The notes: generated from the sequence alone by a model not told the origin. Positions 13,463 to 28,420 are shown, numbered from the whole stretch's first letter. The stretch: DNA of 63,980 nucleotides, filler included, from Conidiobolus incongruus B7586 (GCA_000697335.1; 28 parts of 28 records of this genome joined end to end with filler, not necessarily neighbours in it), one strand, 5' to 3'. Made by a program: numbers and translations.

Positions 13463-14949
13463 AAAAAAAGTTAAATTATTAAAGCTATTTTGTTCCCAAA
13501 ATAAAAAATATCATGATATAAATATAAATTAAATATTATTGATTTAAGCTTATTCCTATCAAGATATTTTAATATAAATATTTTCTATTATTAATAGATC
13601 TCATATATTATATTTTTTTTTACAAATTATTTATTAATTAATTTTCAATATTTTTAAAATTATTAAATACCTATTGGTTTTTGAATTTGAAGCAATTTTT
13701 ATTAAAATATTTTGATTTTGAATTTTGCTTAGTTATATATATAATATATATTGATTCTAAGAAATATTTGATTATAATTAGTTTGTTTTAAGATAGCAAG
13801 TTTATTTTGCTCACAATTTAATATTATTCTCGTGATCTAAATTCATAGTTGATTTTTTTAATATTTTAATTTTTTTAATTATATATATGTTTCTACACTT
13901 TTTATCTTATATTAATTATTTTTTAAACATAAAATAATTATAAATTTTAACCTGTTGATTTTTAAATTTACAACTTTATATATTTAATTATTTAACATTT
14001 TATTTAGAATTAATAACCTTATGTTACTTTTTTTATGTTAGATTTGGAAAATATAAATCCATAATAAAAATATTTATATTTGAACATTATATATTCCTCA
14101 AAGATAATTAATTTATATATTTGCTTTAATAAGGTTAAATAGTTATAATAATAATAATAACTATAATTAGGTATTGAATTAGTTTCGTGAAAATTTTGAT
14201 ATTTAAGAATTTTTTTAAATTATTTTATTAATTATTTGAAATTTATTTATTAATGTTTTCAAGAGATTTTTATAAAATCAAATCTTTAATAATAACGTTT
14301 TTTCCTTAATTTAATATTATGGTGTTTTAAAACAAATTCACTAATATTAAACTTATACTTTAATAGAATGAATAATGCTAAAGCAAACATAATATAATTA
14401 TAATAATAAATAATTCCTTTTTTTGGATAATAAAATTCAATATTAATGGTAATTATTCATCCCCTTTATATAATTTTTTATAATTTATCTTTCAAAATTA
14501 CACTTTTAATTATGAAAAATAAAGTTAAAATATAATCAAATCTTTTCTTTGAATCAGATTCTTTGATTTACTAAAGTAATCATAATCACAAAAATTTATA
14601 ACTAATGAATACAATTGAAATAATAATAAAGACCAATGTTCTTTAATATATAAATTATTGATAATTTCTATAATATATATATATTATCATATATAATTAA
14701 TAGTTTTTTAATTGAATTTTTNNNNNNNNNNNNNNNNNNNNNNNNNNNNNNNNNNNNNNNNNNNNTTAATTAATTAANNNNNNNNNNNNNNNNNNNNNNN
14801 NNNNNNNNNNNNNNNNNNNNNTCCTATCTGTTTTGTATATATTTTTTTATTTGAAACTAATAATGTATTTGAAAAATCAGAAATTAAAAAATTTCTTATT
14901 TTTTAATTTTATAATAATATTATATATATTTTATATTAATATGGATACT

Positions 14950-15836
14950 ATTGATATCTTAAGAAAAATCACTTTTGATTAAGGAAATGTTATTATAAAA
15001 TTAAATAGGAGTTTAAATATCATCACTGATGTTGAATTAAAATTAATTAAAAAAAGTTATTTAGTTTAATAAAATAAAAATAAATGTTAAAAAATTTAAT
15101 AAAAAGTTAAATATTTCAAAAAAAAACAAAATACTTTATAATTATTATATTAATTTTACCTAAAAATATAATGATAGGTTAATTATTATTTAAGAATATA
15201 ATTTGATTTTAAATATAAGATATCTTTATAAAGTTAATAAGGGAATTAATGTAGAAATATATTAAAATATTTTAATATTAAATTAAACAAAAAAATATTG
15301 AAAAATATAAGTTAAATAAATCTAATATCATTTTCCAAAAAAAAATAATGCTCCTTGTAATAATATAATTTTTTTCTACCAAATAGCTTAAAAATAATAA
15401 GATATATTTATAAAATAGCTTCTTTAATCTTTTAACTTTTATTTAATTAAATATCTTTAGGATTGGTTAAAAAAAGCTATTAAAGCTTTTTCCTTAATAA
15501 AAAAATTAAATTAGTTTTAAAAATATATTAAAAATATATATAATATAATTAACCCTTTTAAATATCAGAAGTTAGAAAAGCTAAAGATAAATATATAAAG
15601 TTTTAATTTTTTTTCATCATCAAAAAACAATAAATTTATAACTTACCTTTGGTAAAATTTAAAGTTTGATGTTTAAACCAATTAATAACTAAATAACAAC
15701 ATTTAATTATTTATATTATTAATAAAATAAGATATTCTAATTATTTAATTTAAGCTTATTATATTAAATATTAATTAAATTATTAGTAAGAATATTAGTG
15801 TTTTTAATTTTATAACTTATTTTTATAAACTAGTAT
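14950..15836 (+). mobile_element. Degenerate Tc1-like transposon, family B, with 3' TIR
   Basis: It keeps ttc caa ... aat gct cct tgt (FQ..NAPC) near 15333-15358 and has a small internal deletion near the C-terminus. Confidence 0.85.
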
Positions 15837-16189
15837 ATATTATTTTTATTTATTTAAAATAACTTCTAATGATATTTATCTTAATAACAATTCTAGTTAT
15901 TCCAAAGCCTATATAATAATAAATAAATGATTTTTATAATAAATATTCATTAAATAAAAAAATGATAAAAATATAATATATATCAGTGATTTTTATTTAA
16001 AATAATTANNNNNNNNNNNNNNNNNNNNNNNNNNNNNNNNNNNNNNNNNNNNTTAATTAATTAANNNNNNNNNNNNNNNNNNNNNNNNNNNNNNNNNNNN
16101 NNNNNNNNATATATTATTATATATTATATCTTTTTATTTTAAATTTTCTTCTATACTATATTAGTTTAATTATTATTATATTTATATAA

Positions 16190-17358
16190 TAATAATAATA
16201 ATAATATAACTATTATAAACTTATTAAAAAACTAATAACTATTTATATTAATTTATTTATTACTATTATAAATTATATTTCTAAATTATTTTATCTAAGT
16301 TTAACTCTATATAACTATATTATTAAAAAAATACCCTTATATTGGTTTAATAAATATTGTTGGCAATATTGCCAACCACTTACATTATTATCATCAAATC
16401 AAACGATCTCAACTGATCCCACAATCACTAAGTTATCTGTCATTATTTGATTTCACCTTTATTGATAAAAAAAAGAGGGGAGGAAGATGGTCTTTTTATC
16501 AAATTAAGCATAGAATAAAGGATAGACTTACCCTTTTCTTTTACCAATTTAATTATAATTTCTGATCACATACATAAGAAAGAAAACCCAACAAATATAA
16601 TATCTTAATTATTAAATAAACCTAAGACTTTAATCATTAAAAGTTTGTTGTTTTTTAAAAAACCTATATTAAATAACTTTTAATAAAAAAATATAACATT
16701 TAAATCTTAAATTTAACAAACAAACAATTTCAATATAATTACCATATTAAATTATCTCTATAATTCTTTTAAAGACAAATTAACTACTATAATAATTTTA
16801 AAAACTTTTTTAAGTTTGAAAATTATATTAAAAATATAAAGTTATTTTAATTTAATTCCTAATAAAGATTTAAAAAATATCTTTAAATTAAAAACTTTTG
16901 TTTGGAAAAATCCACTTATACTTGGTAGTTAACTTATTATAAACTTAACTTTAAAGAATCTTTAAAGGGATAACTTATTATAAGAATATAAACTCTTAAA
17001 TAATTGGAAAAAACTCTTAAATAAAAGTATTTCTTAAAAAATTAAGTTTAATCAATAAAAAAAGCTTTCTTATATAAAAAACATTTTTAAAATTACTTAT
17101 TGAAAAATTTAATAAGATATATTTAAATATATTAAATATCAATAAAAAAAATAAATCTATAAACTATTGTAAAGTTTGGATTTTTAAGTAAAATTTTGAT
17201 TAAATAATAAATTATATATTAATAATATGTTTTTTCAAATATTTGTGATATAATAATTAAAATTAATAATATCTTTTATTTTATAATTAAATTTTTTTAT
17301 CTAGAGAATTAATCTTTTAAAATTTATTTCAATTTACTCAAATCTTAAATAATAAATA
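16190..17358 (+). mobile_element. Possible non-LTR retrotransposon ORF2 3' relic (host of the solo LTR)
   Basis: Same transition-saturated texture as the TEs. aat tgg aaa aaa ctc tta aat aaa agt att tct taa aaa att aag (NWKKLLNKSIx*KIK) near 17002 resembles the zf-RVT WKxLWxxxIPxKIK motif. Confidence 0.35.
16358..16593 (+). mobile_element. Solo LTR (236 bp), Copia-like termini, 5-bp TSD AATAT
   Basis: Perfect TGTTGG...CCAACA inverted termini. AATAT lies at 16353-16357 and 16594-16598. It has an internal AATAAA and is much richer in GC than its flanks. Confidence 0.88.
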
Positions 17359-17458
17359 NNNNNNNNNNNNNNNNNNNNNNNNNNNNNNNNNNNNNNNNNN
17401 NNTTAATTAATTAANNNNNNNNNNNNNNNNNNNNNNNNNNNNNNNNNNNNNNNNNNNN

Positions 17459-18618
17459 TTAACTTTATAAAGAGAGTAAATTAACTTATAATATTATTAG
17501 AATTACTAGTGTTAGCTAGTTTACTATAGCTAAAGCTATTAAAAATAACAATAAAAATATATTTAAACTTTAATTTAAGTATGTTAAAAATATAAATAAA
17601 TATGATAAGAAGTATATTTATAGGTTAATTAATATAAGTAAATATAATACTATTATAGAAATATAATAAGAACTATAAAACTATATAAGAATATTAATTA
17701 ATATTAATACTATTCTATATGTTTTATATTAGTATAGATGCTATTAACATTTAAAAAAAACACCCCTAATTAAAAAAATCCTACTATAAAGTTAAATAAG
17801 AGTTTAAATATTGCTATTAATATTAAACTAGAACTAATTAGAGTAAGGTTATTTAGTTTAATAAAACAAAAATATACTTTAGTAAATCTAATAAAAAAGG
17901 TAGATATTTTAGAAAAGATATAAAACTACTTTGTAATTATTATGTTAATTCTACCTAAATATATAATAATAGGTTAATTTTTATTTAATGATATATATTG
18001 TTTTTAGGTGTAAGATATCTTTGTAAAGTTAATAGGGGAATTAATATTGAGATATACTAAAGTATTCTAAATAATAAATTAAAAAAAATTTTGAATAATA
18101 TAGGTTAAACAAATTTGATGTTATTTTCTACTAAGATAATATTTCTTGTTATACTATAATTTCTATTACTAAATAACTTAAAAATAACAAAATAATAATT
18201 ATAAAGTAGTTTTTTTAATTTCTTAACTTTAACCTAATTAGATATCTTTAAGATTAGTTAAAAAAAGCTATTAAAGCTTTCCCCCTAATAAAAATTTAGT
18301 TCAACTTTAGGAATATATTCAAGAAACATAAAACAAGATTAACTTTTCTTAGTATAAAAAGTTAGTTGATTCAATATCCCACAAACTTAAAGAAGTTAAA
18401 AAAGCTAAAGGTAGATATATTAGGTTTTTATTTTTTTATCACTAAAAACCAACAAATTTATAATTTACTTTAAATAAAATTTAAAGATTTATATTTTAAC
18501 TAATTAATAACAAAATATCATCTTTTAATAATATATATTATTAATAAATATAATAGATTTTAATTTTTAATTTAGATTTATATTATTAAATATTAATTAA
18601 TTTATTAGTAAAAATATA
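17459..18618 (+). mobile_element. Degenerate Tc1-like (DD34E) transposon, family B
   Basis: Reversing transitions across copies gives SKVIWSDETKI ... VIFQQDNAPCHT ... KWPPQSPDLNPI(E)HLWD ... KLVDSMPHxLxEVRKAKGGYTRF*. There are exactly 34 codons between the second D (18135) and the third catalytic position. Confidence 0.92.
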
Positions 18619-21600
18619 NNNNNNNNNNNNNNNNNNNNNNNNNNNNNNNNNNNNNNNNNNNNTTAATTAATTAANNNNNNNNNNNNNNNNNNNNNNNNNN
18701 NNNNNNNNNNNNNNNNNNTTATAATTATATATATATATAGATATAATATTATAAAATTATATAAGAAAAAATTATTTTGTATTTTACCAAAATAAAAAAC
18801 ATTTTTTGAATATAAAATTTTTAAATAATTAAATTGTTTTATTTTGATTATTAATCAAAATTTCTAAATTAAAAGCAATTCTGATGTTTTTTTTATTAAT
18901 AATAAATGAAATAAATTAATATGATTCAAATATATCATTATATTTATTATTTAAATTGATTAAGGTATTAAAAAATTTTTTTTTAATTTTTATATAAAAT
19001 TAATTAAGTTTATATTAAAAGTAAATAATTTGATATTTGTGGAAAAATAAAAGATATCAAATTATATTATTGATAACAAAATGAAAAAAACATAACAAAC
19101 AATAAATTTTAAATTAATAACGTAATTAATATATAAAATCTGAATATAAAATAACAACTTTTCATATATAGTATAACATTCAATATTATTATCAAATTTT
19201 TTATTTAAAAATTTTAGATGTTATACTTCAAAGATTTTAGATTTGTATAATTATGTAACCCTATATTGATTTAATAATCTTTGAAATATAAATTATTTTA
19301 ATTAAATATTAAATTACTACTAGATTATAAATCATTATATCATTTAATTTTGAATTTTTTTAAAATATAAATCAAAATAATTTATAGAATAATTAAAAAA
19401 TTATTTCAAATTCTTATATTTTATATATGTAATTAATTTAACATCAAAATATATCCAAATTTTCATATAGAGTGATTAATTTTTTTAATAAATTAATTTT
19501 TTTTGCGGCAAATTATTATTAGAAGAACTCTGATATTTATTTAAATTTTAATATATTGAAAAATTTATTTATGATTTTTGATTTGCAAAATTAGTAATTA
19601 TATTATGATAATAATTAAATTTTTAACTTTTTTATAATTAATTTGTATTATATTCATATAAATTTATGTTTAAATTCAGAATTTTTATGTTATAATTTAT
19701 GAACAGATAAAAATATAAATATTAGAATTATATTCATTGGAATATAAAAATATATGTTATAATTTTAAAACAAATATATATTTTTTGATTATCAAATTTT
19801 TATATTATAACAATCATTAAAAACAAGTTTTGTTAATTTTATTTGATAGTATTTTTATATCAATATATTAAAAACTCTCATAAAAAAAGGAAATATATTA
19901 TTAAATCATATTTATTGATATTATATTTATCAAATTTATTTGATATTCATCTTGAAAATTAATATTTCAATCCTAATCTAATTTTCATAATTATAATAAT
20001 TTTATTTATTAAATATAAAATTCACATTTTGAATCAAGTTTTATTGAAATATAATTGTCAAAATGATATAAATAGTTTTTGATTTTCAATTTTTATAATT
20101 TAGAATTAAATTTTGAAATATATTTTACTTAACAAAATCAATAAATATTCCATTAATTTATTATATTTAAGAAAATATTATCTTAAAAGTCTGGTTGACA
20201 TAATTTTTGACAAAATAAATATTGAAATTAAAAAATAGAAACTATATCCTAAAAATTATGAAATTAAGTTTTATAATAAAAATTATAAAGGAAATATTCA
20301 AGTTTCATAATATTCCCCGTTTCAATAAAATTTCCATATATTAATAATTTTGGTGAAAATATGAAATTATCAAATCATATTATCTCAATATTTCAATTTT
20401 TTATTCTTCAATTTTTATATGAAATATATATATAATTATATAATATTGACAAAATATATTAACTATTGAAATTTATGTTCAATGCGATTACTAATTAATA
20501 TCAAATTTTATATAGTAAAAATAATATATTAACTTATAATTATTATAGAAAATACAAAATAGTAACTGTAATGAATTTTCAAGATTTCATTAAAATTGAG
20601 ACTATAATTTTGTAATAAATTTAACCTTATTTTAGTATTGATAATATTCAAAATACAATATTTTTAGTTTTCAACTGTTATATAAAAAGTATAGAAAACA
20701 TTACTTGATTAAATTTATATACTTATAATCTACCAAAAATATCAAAAATATAATAATAAAATTTTATCACCAAATAATAAAAGAATATTTATTGTTTGAT
20801 TCAATTGTAGATGATTTATAGTTAAATATAAAACATTAACTTGTAGTTACTATAAGATATTTATCAAATAAAATAATTAATATTCAATTTTTTTATCGTA
20901 TTAAATAAGATTATAATTATACAATAATCAATACATAATTTAAAATATGATTATATTTTGGTAAATAATTGTATATTATGTTAAACTAATTTTGAAATAA
21001 TTAATTTTAGTTAATAATGGTGTTTTAATCATTTTGTCTTCAATATTGTATCGAAACTATCAAAAAGTAAAAATTAAGGATTTTATAATATAACAGATAT
21101 AATTTGTGTATTTAAGTAATTTTTATTTAAAAAATTTTCGTTAAATGATAATCAATAAATCAATTAACTATACAATTATTTATCATAACTCAAAATCTTT
21201 AATTTACATTAACATTTAATAAATTAATGTTAGAATTTTATATTCTATTGTGTATAATAATATCAAAATCAATTATATTTTTTAATTTTGAAATTTAATA
21301 ATCAATAAAACAAGAGAGATAAATAGATATTTTACAATATTAAAATTATTTACCAACTTCCCACAAAATTCAAATTTGGAAATTGAAAAAAAAATAATTT
21401 TGTTTTGAAATTAAATTTTTCCAAATTATGCTATAAAATCAAATATTACTAAAGAATATATTGATTGCCTGATTAAAATATACAATATGTTTCTTTGGCT
21501 ATAACAATAGTTTAATATCATATTTCTATCAGATTAAAATTGATAATTTAAAAATATTTAGCATTGTTTTATATATCAATTATAAAATTTTTATTAAATC

Positions 21601-24600
21601 AATTTTAAACATTTGTATTTTCCTTTATAAATTCTGTATTGAATAATAGATAAGAATATATAAATTTTAAAAAATTTGGATAAAATTGTTAGATTAAATA
21701 AAAAAACTTTTTAATCTTATAAGTCAAATGATATTTGAAATATATGAAGTGATAAAATATAGGCAATATATATATAAAATTAGATACTTCAATATTTTCA
21801 TAAAATTATATCAACATTTTTTGTCTTTATTTGAATTTTTATAAAATTTCAATATTAATTTGTAAAAAATATACATAAGAAAATAAATCAAGTAATATTA
21901 CAATAATTAATATAATTTTGTCATACGATAAATAAATATTATTTGAAATGTATGAATTATATATTTTCATAATACAATTATTATTCAAATAAAAAAAATT
22001 CAAAATGTTATATTTAAATTATCTCATAATTTTTTATATTAAATCAATCTTCATGATATAAATAATTGATTTTTGGTTTTTACCAAAAAATCTCTCTGAT
22101 ATATATAATATAATATTAATTTTACTGGATTATTTCTATTTGTATAATTATATAAAAATCAAACTAATTTGAATAATATTCATTATTGACAGAATTAATG
22201 ATTTCAACAAATAATGAATATAAAGTAAGTGAAAAATTAAAAATCAAATATATAATAAATTGATAAAATTTAATTGTAATTGAATACTATTGTATTGGAA
22301 TTTTATTAAAATTTAGTTTCAAAAAAAACTGTAATTCTAATAATTTTTCATTATTTAGAAAAATAATTATTTTTATTACAGAAAAAATTTGAATGATATA
22401 TTATGAAAATTGTGTGGTAATTAGATTTTATAAATTGTATTAAATTGTTGTCAATTCAATAAAATCATACAATTAATAAAAATTTCAAAATTTTAAAATA
22501 TTATTTTTTAATTTTAATATTAAATAATACAATAATTTTAAAAATCAATCTGAATAATAAAAATAATTCTGTAATTTCTAATTTTCCAAAAATATATTAT
22601 GGAAAGAAAAATATTGTATAAATAAAATATTCGATGATAAGTATTATCTACTCTATTTATAAAATTATATAATTGATTTTAATTACCACTATATTTAAAT
22701 AATTTGATTTTATAATTTACTCTTTAAATTTAATAATAAATAACTAGATAGTAATAATCAAAATAATGATATTTTTATAACATTATAACTTTATAATAGA
22801 CCCTTTAATATCATCTAAAAGTTACAAAACTCTTAGAGTGATAGTGTAAGTAAAATTAACAAAAATCACTAGAATATTGATTTTAAAATTTAATGCATTA
22901 TTATTTTGAATTTGTCTTAATCTGGAAAAAAAATTTATTTTTATTCATATACTTACCAATGAAACATAGAAGTATTTTAAGTAATACCCTTATATTTCTG
23001 TTAGAAAACCTTTAAACTGATTAAAAATTAAATATTTTAGAATATTTTATACATTAAATTAAAACTTAGTTTAATAATAATAAAAAAAATATTATATATT
23101 TTATCAAAAAATTAAATAAAACTAAAATAATTATAGATACAATAAACTGATTAATGTATAACCAAAAATTCAAGTTATTTCAATAATTATTTGTAAAAAA
23201 TAAATCATAATTTTTAGTATTTAATTTTATATTTCAAGATACAAGGTGTAGGTTAAAGGAAAGTTTATCCACTCTACCAATTCCAAAATATAATACTTTC
23301 AACAAATGGTAATTATTATAATAGATTATAATTAATTATACTTATTGTATTTGATATATAAATAAATTAATTGATAATAAATTAAATTAATTTATTTATA
23401 TAAATCAATTGTTTAATTTTTCTGAAAATAAATATTATAGACGTTTATTTTTTTGAATGATAATATTAGGATAAATAAAGTTAAAGCAATAATTAATATT
23501 TTATTTACAAAAAATTAGACGATGACGACATTTATTATATATATAATTATAACCTATACATTTATAATTATAAATGACAATTAAAAACTAGCATAAATTA
23601 ATTTAATGCAAAGTTAAAATATTTTTTGAATAATCAAATTTCCGTTTTTGATAAAAAGAACTATATTTTTATATTCAGAAATTTATCAAATATATAGAAA
23701 AAAATTATTTAAAATAAAAGAGGTAATCAATATTTGATCATTTGATTTATTACAGATTATAATATATTTATATGTTTAATTTTGAAATCAAAATTGTTAA
23801 TTTATCTAATTTCTACACTAGTTATATTTAATCAATTAATTTACATATTTTTATTTTAATATAAGAAAATTAATTTGCAACTTTAATTACTATGAATAAA
23901 GATTATTTTATCTAATAACATATTTTATATAAATATGTATTTCAATTTGTGCTAATTTTATAAAATTCATTAATCAAAAAAATTTTAACTTTGAAAAGAT
24001 AAAAATAGATGTTTGATTATAATATTGTAAAATTAATTATAAATATTAGTAATTAATATAATTATAATCATATATCCATATTTTTTTACTGTTAATTTAT
24101 ATCATTTAATAATTTCCGAATATATTTCAGATTTCTTAATTAATATCTTCAATCATTTATTTCATAAAATAATTTTGAATAATTTACAAAATTTGAATTG
24201 GCTTTAATAAAATCAATATCCAATTAATTTTTTTTGTTAATAATTAATATTTTAATAAATTACATTTTTGCATTAAAAATCCAAATTTTAATAATAAAAA
24301 TGCTTTAATTTTGGGAAATTTATTTAAAAGATCATGTTAATTCAAATATATATATATATATATTTAATATAAATAATGATGATATTCATATATTTTGATT
24401 ATTAATAATAGCTAAATATTTTTTTGTAAGGTAATAATATTATTGAATTTATTCAAACTATATAAATTACCAAAAAAATATTCACACATATTAACTTTTA
24501 AACATTTATTTAATAATATCATAATAAATTATTTAATTAAATTTTTAAAACATTTGATCAATTCTAATTTAATTTTTTGAAATATTATAATTACCTAACT

Positions 24601-27245
24601 TTTTTTCTATTAGTAATCAAGTTTATTAAATAATCAAGTTATAAAATTATTGATTTCAAAAATTATAAATCAAAATTACAATAATTGAATTTATTCTATA
24701 TATCATATTTATCATATATGAATTATATAAATAATAACCATTTAATATTGAAATTCCAATATATTTTATATATCATTACAAATATTTAAAAATATTATAT
24801 TCTCAAATAACAAATTTAACAAATTGAATAAATTAATTAATAAAATTTTTAATTTTTGCTCAAAAAATAATGTTTTTATAAACACAACCTTAATGAAATA
24901 ATGTTAAATATCTTTCTCAATTTTATTAATACAAATATTCATAATTATAAAAGAAAAATTTTTTGGAACATCATTTAACCTTGATTTTGCTAAATAATAT
25001 ATCTTGTGTCCAATTTTGTTCATGAGACAGATTAAAAATGATAGAAAACCAAAAATTACTAATTAAATTAACTTTATAATCAGAAATTAATTATTAAGAA
25101 ATAATTTTTTAAGAATTAATCACATTAGTTTTAATAAATAATTTTCAGATGAAATTTTCTACTTTACTCTAAAACATAATTTTCAATATAAACTAACTAA
25201 AAAATAAATTAAAATCATTAACCAATATTGTAATTTCAATAATTAAATTAATAAATCTATTTTTAATGTAATTCTATAGACTTAAACCAAGTTTTATACT
25301 AAAGAAAATATCAAAATTATATACTCATTTTAATTCATTGAAATTTTTAAAATTTCAAATATTAAAATTTAAGGGAAAACTATTAAACTACAGAAATTAA
25401 ATTAAACTATCTTTTACCAATATTAAGAATGGTTAATTTATATCTATATTTTGAACCAAGTCTAATATACATTTAAATTTAAATCCATTAATGAATTTTG
25501 TATTATAATAAATATTTAGATAATTATTTGATTACTATTATTGAATTATCACTAAAAATTAATACCATTAAAAACATTAATCAAATGAAAAAGAGCCGAA
25601 TTACAAAGCGAAATTATTATTTAAATATTCAATTATTTTTTATTACTTTAAATTTTTACTTAAAATAATATTATACTAAATTAATGTAATTTTAATTTTC
25701 ATTTATTAATTTTCTTTATAATGGGATTATAATATTTTCCAATGTAATGCTTTCAAACATTTTTTGATTCTTTCAATTAGCCATAATTTGATAATACTCT
25801 GACCAATCTTTTAAATTGATCTATCATTTGATTATTAAATAAAATCTATGATGATTGCATTAAAATAAAATTTAAAACAATAACAAAAATATCGAATTTA
25901 AAATATAATAGATAAAATTAAGGCTGATATTGATACAAGAAAAATGAAATATTTGCATTACCATTAATCTTTAATGGTATATATATAGATTAGTTTATTA
26001 AATTTATTACAAAAAATAAAGGATTATTACAAAATTGACTGGCTAATATTTTTATTACAAAAGAAATTATAAAAATTATTTATTATTATTATAAGTATTA
26101 TTCAATAATTATTGGATTAATATTTTTTAAATGAAAATACAATTTTATAATTAATTCACAAAAATTAATATTATTTGCAATTTATATCAAATTTGAATTT
26201 TATTCAACTTATAATCAATTATAATTAGGATCATTTTGTAAATTTCTTATAATTGACTTTAATAATAATTAAAATATTCAATTTCAATTCAAAATTTTCT
26301 CTCCCAACATTATATAAATTTTGTTTTTTAATCTATTAATTAATAAATACAATGATTTATTATTAAATTTTGATTAATTATATCTTATAAATTTTCAAAA
26401 TATATTTGATTTTTAATTATTTTTATAGATTAATTTATCACAATTAGTTCAGTAATAATAAGCTAATAAATAATGTTTTTTTTGAAAAAGTATAATTAAT
26501 ATTTGAATAGAGAATTATTATAATTAATTGCTATTTATAATGGTTGTATTTGTTTGAAATTTAGTTTTATTTTATTTATAGGATTTATGTGAAAATATTA
26601 AAAATAAAAATTAATTGCAATGGAATAATATATAAAATAATAAAATATTTAAATGATGAATTATATTTTTTTTCACAATTATATAAAATTAATTTCTATT
26701 TAAAAATATATAATAAAAATGATGATACTATTTTAATATAATATATTTTTTATACATATCAAAAAATTTAATATTTAGAATATAATTTAATTTTTTTCAA
26801 TAAACTAAATCATTAAATGAAATTTAAAAAATACATTTCAAAATGAACAAATACATTAAAATATTGTCTTTTCATTTTGTAGAATATTAATTTAAAATAT
26901 AATTGATATTAAAAGTAAAATATGGTATAATTAATTAGTCAGATAATAAAAAAATAAATTTTAATGATATTATAAATCATATTAATTTAACAATCAATCA
27001 ACTTTAATTCAATATTAACAAATGTCATATTTTTTCATACTAAAATATTAAAATTTTATTAATTCATAGATATTAGAAAATTAATTATTTAAATATTATA
27101 TCAAAATAATTCAATAAAAAAATAATATTAAAATCAAATTAAAAANNNNNNNNNNNNNNNNNNNNNNNNNNNNNNNNNNNNNNNNNNNNTTAATTAATTA
27201 ANNNNNNNNNNNNNNNNNNNNNNNNNNNNNNNNNNNNNNNNNNNN

Positions 27246-28320
27246 GAATATTAAATATATTATTTTTAAAATAAATGATATTAGAAAAATATCTTATTTA
27301 TGAGTTTAATATATATTAAAATGGTATTAGAATAATTAAAAAAATTAAAATAATTTATTAATAATTAGAAATGATAAAGCTAGTAAAAATGTATATATTA
27401 TTATATAATATATATTAGAAAAAAAATATAATATAAAATAGCCTTATAATATTTTGAAATCTTTATTTATACTATTAAAGCTAAAAAATTAAATTTAAAT
27501 TAACTTTATAAAATTACCTAAAAGTAAAAAAAGTTATAATATTGTTTTGGTATTTATAGATTTTTATAATAGATATTCTTATTCTTTCTTAATATATAAA
27601 ATAACAATCATATTTAAAATTTAGAATCTATTAATTAAAAAAGTAATCTTAATATATAATTTACCTTTTAAAATTATTAATAATATAAATAATATGTTTA
27701 TTTTTAAATTTTAAAGAGAATTAATAAAAGATTAAAATATTATTATAATTTACTTTATAGTTTGTCATTATTAATTCAATGACTTGATTGAGAGAATTAA
27801 TAAAAGTTTAAAAAAAATGATTAAAAATTATATTAATTTTAATTATAATAATTAAGACTATTATTTACTTTATTTATAATTTGCTTTTAATTATTTATTT
27901 AACTAGGCTATTAAATTTACATTATATTTTATTAATTATAAAACTTTCTTTAACTTATTGATTATCTTAAATTTAAATATTTTAATAAATAAGTTTATTA
28001 TTGAGAAATAAAAAAATTTAAGATAATTTATAAGATTAAAATAGATTTTACCATAAAAAATAAGTATATAATAAAAAATATTATTAAAAATATCATAAAA
28101 CTTTATTATTATATAAACCAGATAATTTTATAATATTAAATAGACTTAAATTACTAATAATTAGTTAAAAATATAAAGAAAATATAAATCAAAAACTTTA
28201 CCCATATTATTTTAATTTATTTAAAATCAAGAAATTAGGTTTAAGAATTAATGACTATAGATTAAAGTTATTTAAAATTTTTGGTACTAATTTAATAGTT
28301 TATATATTTTTTTTAAAATT
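27246..28320 (+). mobile_element. Ty3/Gypsy integrase (rve + GPY/F region) relic, hypermutated
   Basis: Reversing transitions gives DFxKLPKSKKGYxxVLVFVD ... GLPxKIISD ... FxSKFWREL ... HHQSNGLxERINKSLKxMIKNYINFNHxDWDYYLPYLQFAFN (about 27500-27890), and DYRLKL..NPIVHVSFLK at the end. Confidence 0.85.
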
Positions 28321-28420
28321 NNNNNNNNNNNNNNNNNNNNNNNNNNNNNNNNNNNNNNNNNNNNTTAATTAATTAANNNNNNNNNNNNNNNNNNNNNNNN
28401 NNNNNNNNNNNNNNNNNNNN

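Noticed and set aside
17459..18618. Alternative genetic code (TAA/TAG read-through) or organellar origin to explain the stop-riddled transposases
   Set aside because: Stops vary between copies and map to ancestral CAA/CAG/TGG. Host genes use TAA/TAG as normal stops and have spliceosomal introns.
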